From assembly GCA_000433915.1 (NCBI GenBank), contig HF993639.1:61633-125632 (forward strand): 64,000 nucleotides of DNA, in the 5' to 3' direction. Below the pieces are notes generated by a model that saw nothing but the letters and a program-made list of their open reading frames with translations, made no database searches and had not been told where the DNA came from. Position numbers and translations under genes: made by a program. The stretch comes from Clostridium sp. CAG:793. Its GTDB lineage: Bacteria; Bacillota; Clostridia; TANB77; CAG-508. Positions 59,431-64,000 of the stretch are shown in pieces. How positions within the stretch are numbered: position 1 is the first letter of the stretch; the number at the start of each line of letters is the position of its first letter.

Positions 59431-61020
59431 TTATCTTCTTTTCATTCCACAAATTATAATAGATATTTCATTTACTCTTATTGCTTTCATTAATATTAAT
59501 AGCATTATGTATATAATTGCACCTATAAATATCGTTATTATTAAAGCTATCGGTAATTTAGTTGATAATATTAAATATTCAAAAATCATTTTACTGATTA
59601 TGGTCATTATTGTGCTTGCTAATATTGGCTTTATAATACTACTTTTCTTTATAATTATAGGCGTATATTTTTTTATTGCAATATAACTTATTATCATTGT
59701 TGTAGCATTATATATTATTCCTCCTATTGCTGCACCAACTGTTCCTCCTATTTTCCATTCAACATGTGGTACTAATATTTGATTACATATTAATTTTGCA
59801 ATTACTCCTACAGATACTGAAATTATTGGGATATTTGTCTTTCCTATTCCATATAATACTCCATTAAATGTTTGACCTAATGCAATAAAAATAATTGATA
59901 ATGCGCTTATTTTTAAGATTTCACTTCCATCTGATGCATTTGGAAATAATACTTTAAGTATTTCTTTTCCGAATATCATAAATAGCATTATTATTGGTAT
60001 TGATATCATAGCTCCAAATAATATTGATTTATTTATCCTTTCTTCTTTTGTTTTTAAATCTCCATTCGATGCCGCTATATTAGGTAATAATGCAGTAGTT
60101 ATAGCCATATTAAATGATAGTGGAAAATTTATTAATGTATCAACTTTTCCACTCAATATTCCATATTGTATTTTTGCCTGTTCATATCCAATTTTATCTT
60201 TTAATTTATTAACAATTGTAGTTGCATCTATGTTTTTTGATATTGTTCCAATTAGTGCTGATAATGATATTGGAATTGACACTATTGCTATTTCTTTAAT
60301 TATTTGAAATGTTTTGGCTCTTGTGTTATGAATACTTTCCTTTACTTCTTGTCTTATTATTGGCCTTTCTGTTATATATTTTTTTACTAAAAATGCGCAT
60401 TCTAGTAGGTTTGCAACAGTTATTGCTAGACAACTGCAAGCTGCCATTATTGTCGTATCTGGATTATGAGTTAATATTACGGATAATTCTATTAGAATAA
60501 ATGTCATTACGGTTTTAGTTACCTGATCTATTGACTGAGCTTTTGCTGTTACTTTTAATTTTTCTCTTCCTCCAAAGTAACCTTTAAATACTGATATTAT
60601 TGATGTAAAAAATATTGATGGTGCTATTGCTATTATTGATAATTCTGCTTCTGGAATTTTTAAATATAATGTTGCAATTTCTTTTGCCATCACACCTACT
60701 GTAATGCTCCCTATTATTCCTATTATACTAAATAATAATAGAGAAACTTTTAATATTTTATATGCCCCTCTTCCGTCTCCTTGGCTACCTCTTTCTGCTA
60801 CGATTTTTGATATTGCACTTGGCAATCCTATTGCTGACAAGCTTAATATAAGTGCATATACTTGATAACTTGATGCTGAAATAGCATTTCCAGCATCTCC
60901 GAATCCTTGTCTATTAGTTATATATAATTTGTATATAATTCCCAAAAATTTAATTAATATTTGTGATATTAATAGTGCTATTATGTTTTGAGTAAAAGTC
61001 TCTTTTGAATGTTTTTTCAT
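59431..61020 (-). CDS. MOP/MurJ-superfamily polysaccharide biosynthesis (flippase) protein, SpoVB-like
   Basis: 529 aa with about 14 TM segments; composition typical of SpoVB/Wzx proteins. Confidence 0.7.
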   Translation of the reverse strand: MKKHSKETFTQNIIALLISQILIKFLGIIYKLYITNRQGFGDAGNAISASSYQVYALILSLSAIGLPSAISKIVAERGSQGDGRGAYKILKVSLLLFSIIGIIGSITVGVMAKEIATLYLKIPEAELSIIAIAPSIFFTSIISVFKGYFGGREKLKVTAKAQSIDQVTKTVMTFILIELSVILTHNPDTTIMAACSCLAITVANLLECAFLVKKYITERPIIRQEVKESIHNTRAKTFQIIKEIAIVSIPISLSALIGTISKNIDATTIVNKLKDKIGYEQAKIQYGILSGKVDTLINFPLSFNMAITTALLPNIAASNGDLKTKEERINKSILFGAMISIPIIMLFMIFGKEILKVLFPNASDGSEILKISALSIIFIALGQTFNGVLYGIGKTNIPIISVSVGVIAKLICNQILVPHVEWKIGGTVGAAIGGIIYNATTMIISYIAIKKYTPIIIKKSSIIKPILASTIMTIISKMIFEYLILSTKLPIALIITIFIGAIIYIMLLILMKAIRVNEISIIICGMKRR

Positions 61021-61155
61021 TTATACAACCTCTCTCATTTTTTCACAGCTTTTTATTTATAATTTATATGTTTTTTTGGCAAAAAAATTACTCAAAAGAC
61101 TTGTTTTTTTCCTCATTTTGTAGGATAATAGATATATATATGAAAGGGATTAACA

Positions 61156-63483
61156 ATGAAGGTATTAGATAAATTTTTAAAGTTTTTAAAAACTGACCGT
61201 AATACATTTTTTACATATATTTTAACTTTAGCTAGCATATATATAATTGTTGATAGATTAGTTGAATTTCTATTGATTTTATTTACAGGCGTGGCTTCTG
61301 TTTATTGGGGACCAATTCAATATGCAATAGCTTTTTTATTTCCTATCTTTGCATTTTTGTTTTCATCTTCTTCAAAGTTTATAACGTGTGATGATGATAA
61401 ACTTGGTTGGTTTTATGCATATTGTATTGCACTTTATTTATTAACTATTACAATGCTAACAGAGTGGATTAATGAAGGTTTATGGCTTGGACTATTATCA
61501 CTTCCTGGTTATAAAACTATTGCAACCGAGTTTGGGTATTTAATAAAACCTGCTCTTTCTTCATTAGCAATTATGTTACCACTTACAACTGGATTTAAGC
61601 TATTTGATTGGTTATATAAAAACGTTAATGAAACTAAAGATTTAAGAGATTCAATTTTTGATTATAATGGTATTAGTTTAGCACCAAAGTCAAATGCAGT
61701 TGGCCCTTATACTACTGAAATTTTTGTTGGTATTGATAAAGACCACGGAAATAATGTCAAGCTTCCTGAAATAAGAAGGTTTGAATCAACTTTAGTTGTT
61801 GGTGTATCGGGTGCCGGAAAAACTTCGCTTGTCTTTGAGCCTTGGGTTGCACAAGATATAAGTAAAAAATATTTTTACAGAGAATCATCAAAAACTCTTG
61901 CTGTCGCAGCATTAAAGACTGGTATTGCAACTTTAAATGCACCTTATGATAATAATTATATTAATCGTAATTTTAGTTTAAATATGCTATTACCTGTTGA
62001 TTCTAAGAAAAATATATTTGATTCTTATTTTAAGAAATTAATATATTTTCAATCATCTTCAAAAACAGTATTTAGGAATTTAGGTATCACTTATATGGCA
62101 CCTGATGAAGAAACTGTTTATAAAGTAAAAGATATTTGTGATAATTTTGGAATGACTTATAATTTAATAGATCCTAATAATCCAAATTCACCTGGTTTAA
62201 ATCCATTTGCTTTTGATGATCCAGTTCAGACTGCTTTATCAATATCAACTGTTTTAAAAGGATTCTATACTGATAAAAATCCAGAAATGGCTCAAGCTTA
62301 TCAGGAAAACTTTTCTAATCAGGTAATTGAAAATTTAGCTATATTATTAAAGGTTATGTATCCAAAATTAAATGATGGCAAACTTCCTAATATAGGTGAT
62401 ATGCTTAAATTATTAAATAATTTTGAACTTATTGAAAAAATGTGTAAAATACTTGAAATGGATCCTGAACTTTCAGTTAAATATGAAAATCAAATTGGGT
62501 ATTTCAAAAAGAACTTTTACCATGATAGTCCTAATATTGCAGAAATGCAAAAAATCGTTTCTATTCCAATGGCTCAACTTGATACTTTACTTAGATATCC
62601 TGGAGTTAAAAACATATTATGTAATAGAAACAATAATTTGAACTTTGATAAAATATTAGAAAATGGAGATATATGTTTAGTATGTACTAGACGTGGTGAT
62701 TTAGGAGAAACTGCTCATAAAGCATTTGGTTTATTCTTCTTATTGCTTATGCAGTTCTCAGTTTTAAGAAGACCTGGAAATGAAAATACACGTATTCCTC
62801 ATTTCTTATATATTGATGAATTCCCTGATTTCATCTGCCCTGCTACAGAAAATATATTTACAGTATACAGAAAATATAGAGTTGGTACTGTTATTTCTGC
62901 TCAGACTAGAGCTCAGTTGTTATCACATGGAGAAAAATTAGGAAATACTATTATTTCTAACTGCAGTAATAAGATTGTATTTGGTAATAACTCTCCTGAA
63001 GATAATGAATGGTGGTCTCTAGAAATTGGTGAAAAGAAAGAATGGTCTGTTGATCAAACTGGTTACCATACTAAAAATGGTGGAGAATATGATGAAAAGA
63101 AGAATGTTAAATATGGTTATAGTGTAAAATACAAACCTGGTAAAGTTCAATCTTTGAAATTTAAGAAATGTATGTACAAATTAAAAGATGTTAAAGGAAC
63201 TATTGTAAATGGTACAGCAAATCTTGATTTCTTACCATCAAAGTATAAAGAAAAACAACCTGTAAAAGTTTACGATTTTACTAAATTCACTAGTGGAATT
63301 TCAGAAGATACTTCTAGTCATAAATCTTCTCCAAAGCGTAACAGTTTAGTAAATGAACATTTTGAAGACAATTCTGTTGGAGATGTTGATCCTATCAGAT
63401 TAGATAGTTCAGATTTAAATTTTAATATTAATAATAGTGATGCTATCACATTTAATTTTAATAAAGGTAATAAAAAAGCGTAG
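61156..63483 (+). CDS. TraG/TraD/VirD4-family type IV coupling protein-like ATPase with N-terminal TM domain
   Basis: N-terminal TM helices; Walker A VVGVSGAGKTS; T4CP hallmark FLYIDEFPDF ... TVISAQTRAQLLSHGEKLGNTIISNCSNKIVFG (DEF / Q-x-x-QL / G...N motifs). Native AT-rich composition. Confidence 0.7.
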   Translation: MKVLDKFLKFLKTDRNTFFTYILTLASIYIIVDRLVEFLLILFTGVASVYWGPIQYAIAFLFPIFAFLFSSSSKFITCDDDKLGWFYAYCIALYLLTITMLTEWINEGLWLGLLSLPGYKTIATEFGYLIKPALSSLAIMLPLTTGFKLFDWLYKNVNETKDLRDSIFDYNGISLAPKSNAVGPYTTEIFVGIDKDHGNNVKLPEIRRFESTLVVGVSGAGKTSLVFEPWVAQDISKKYFYRESSKTLAVAALKTGIATLNAPYDNNYINRNFSLNMLLPVDSKKNIFDSYFKKLIYFQSSSKTVFRNLGITYMAPDEETVYKVKDICDNFGMTYNLIDPNNPNSPGLNPFAFDDPVQTALSISTVLKGFYTDKNPEMAQAYQENFSNQVIENLAILLKVMYPKLNDGKLPNIGDMLKLLNNFELIEKMCKILEMDPELSVKYENQIGYFKKNFYHDSPNIAEMQKIVSIPMAQLDTLLRYPGVKNILCNRNNNLNFDKILENGDICLVCTRRGDLGETAHKAFGLFFLLLMQFSVLRRPGNENTRIPHFLYIDEFPDFICPATENIFTVYRKYRVGTVISAQTRAQLLSHGEKLGNTIISNCSNKIVFGNNSPEDNEWWSLEIGEKKEWSVDQTGYHTKNGGEYDEKKNVKYGYSVKYKPGKVQSLKFKKCMYKLKDVKGTIVNGTANLDFLPSKYKEKQPVKVYDFTKFTSGISEDTSSHKSSPKRNSLVNEHFEDNSVGDVDPIRLDSSDLNFNINNSDAITFNFNKGNKKA

Positions 63484-63510
63484 ATTTTAAAATCTACGTT
63501 TTTTCTTTTT
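63473..63510. terminator. Bidirectional terminator after the T4CP-like gene
   Basis: aaaaagcgtagatttt-aaaatctacg followed by ttttttc. Confidence 0.6.
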
Positions 63511-64000
63511 ATTCAAGTATTTTTGCTTCTACATTTCTCATTCTATATTTTCCGTTTTCTTCTACAAAATCATATAAACTTCTTTCTAGTGTGTTACTAT
63601 TTTGTATAAGATCTGTTGTATAATAAAATTTTATTTTATCTATTTTTATAGAATTCATTACTATTACTCTGAAGACTTCTGCCATATGCTTATCATCTTC
63701 ACATACAAATACTAATTGTGGGATTACTGGATAACCTGAATCTCCTGGTGCAAAATTGTCATAAAAGTCTTTCCAGAAACTCATTCTTTCAACTAATTTT
63801 CTTTCCCATTCTTCATTTCTTCTTATAACTTCATATACAAAGTCTACTCTTCTTCCCATGTAGTTAAGTTCAATATTAGCTATTGGTTTAAATGTTTTAT
63901 TTATTGTCTTAGCTAATATGGCTGGTTTTAAAGTAGATTTAGAATATGCTTTTACTTTACGAATATATGCTATTACTAATTGATTTCCTGCTAGTTTCTT
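63509..64000 (-). CDS. Hypothetical protein, 5'-partial (frame stays open to the window edge)
   Basis: No in-frame stop between 63860 and 64000 on the minus strand, so the track's start at 63859 is probably internal. No motif recognised. Confidence 0.45.
   Translation of the reverse strand, partial: KKLAGNQLVIAYIRKVKAYSKSTLKPAILAKTINKTFKPIANIELNYMGRRVDFVYEVIRRNEEWERKLVERMSFWKDFYDNFAPGDSGYPVIPQLVFVCEDDKHMAEVFRVIVMNSIKIDKIKFYYTTDLIQNSNTLERSLYDFVEENGKYRMRNVEAKILE

Noticed and set aside
1-64000. CRISPR arrays, rRNA genes, IS elements/transposases, integrases
   Set aside because: I scanned for short regularly spaced direct repeats, DDE/serine/tyrosine recombinase signatures and rRNA-like conserved blocks and found none. 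The only RNA gene I can support is tRNA-Leu.

Overview
The window reads as a contiguous chromosomal segment of a very AT-rich Firmicute, Clostridia-like (native genes visibly ~25-35% GC; rpsF-ssb-rpsR, sigA-dnaG, rlmN-stp-prkC-rsgA-rpe, mfd, sporulation-type membrane proteins). It is mostly housekeeping: pflB/pflA, a Zn/Mn-type ABC importer, a ribosomal-protein/ssb operon, sigA-dnaG, carD, dut, feoA/feoB, rimO, a CapA-family protein, the PASTA kinase/PP2C phosphatase pair, rlmN, aspS, mfd, proS, scpB and glcK. There is a large minus-strand type IV pilus cluster (pilMN fusion, pilO, pilD, pilB, pilT, pilC and three pilin-like genes), a tRNA-Leu(UAA), hup, a SpoVB-like flippase and a TraG/VirD4-like coupling ATPase at the right edge. 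The main thing the housekeeping annotation does not explain is five compositionally foreign cassettes dropped into intergenic gaps of the AT-rich backbone: ~420-1802, 4714-5073, 17068-18450, 34645-34863 and 58281-58709. They are visibly ~45% GC and use GC-ending codons. Each has its own strong SD and a perfect GC-rich intrinsic terminator, and four of the five have a near-consensus sigma-A promoter. Between them they encode a PhoH-family ATPase whose N-terminal PIN domain has lost its catalytic acidic residues, a two-gene module of unknown Cys-rich proteins, and three small orphan proteins (one may instead be a structured RNA). Other oddities: all three pilin-like ORFs lack the canonical Glu5 and share a (K/S)EKG|(I/A)T leader; three tandem paralogous ~85-aa HTH proteins flank trmL; feoA and feoB are split by an inverted gene; ProRS lacks the INS editing domain and overlaps scpB, with no scpA; an orphan T4CP sits with no other transfer genes in view. 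No CRISPR array, rRNA or transposase was seen. All function calls are from motif-level reading of the translations, with no database searches.
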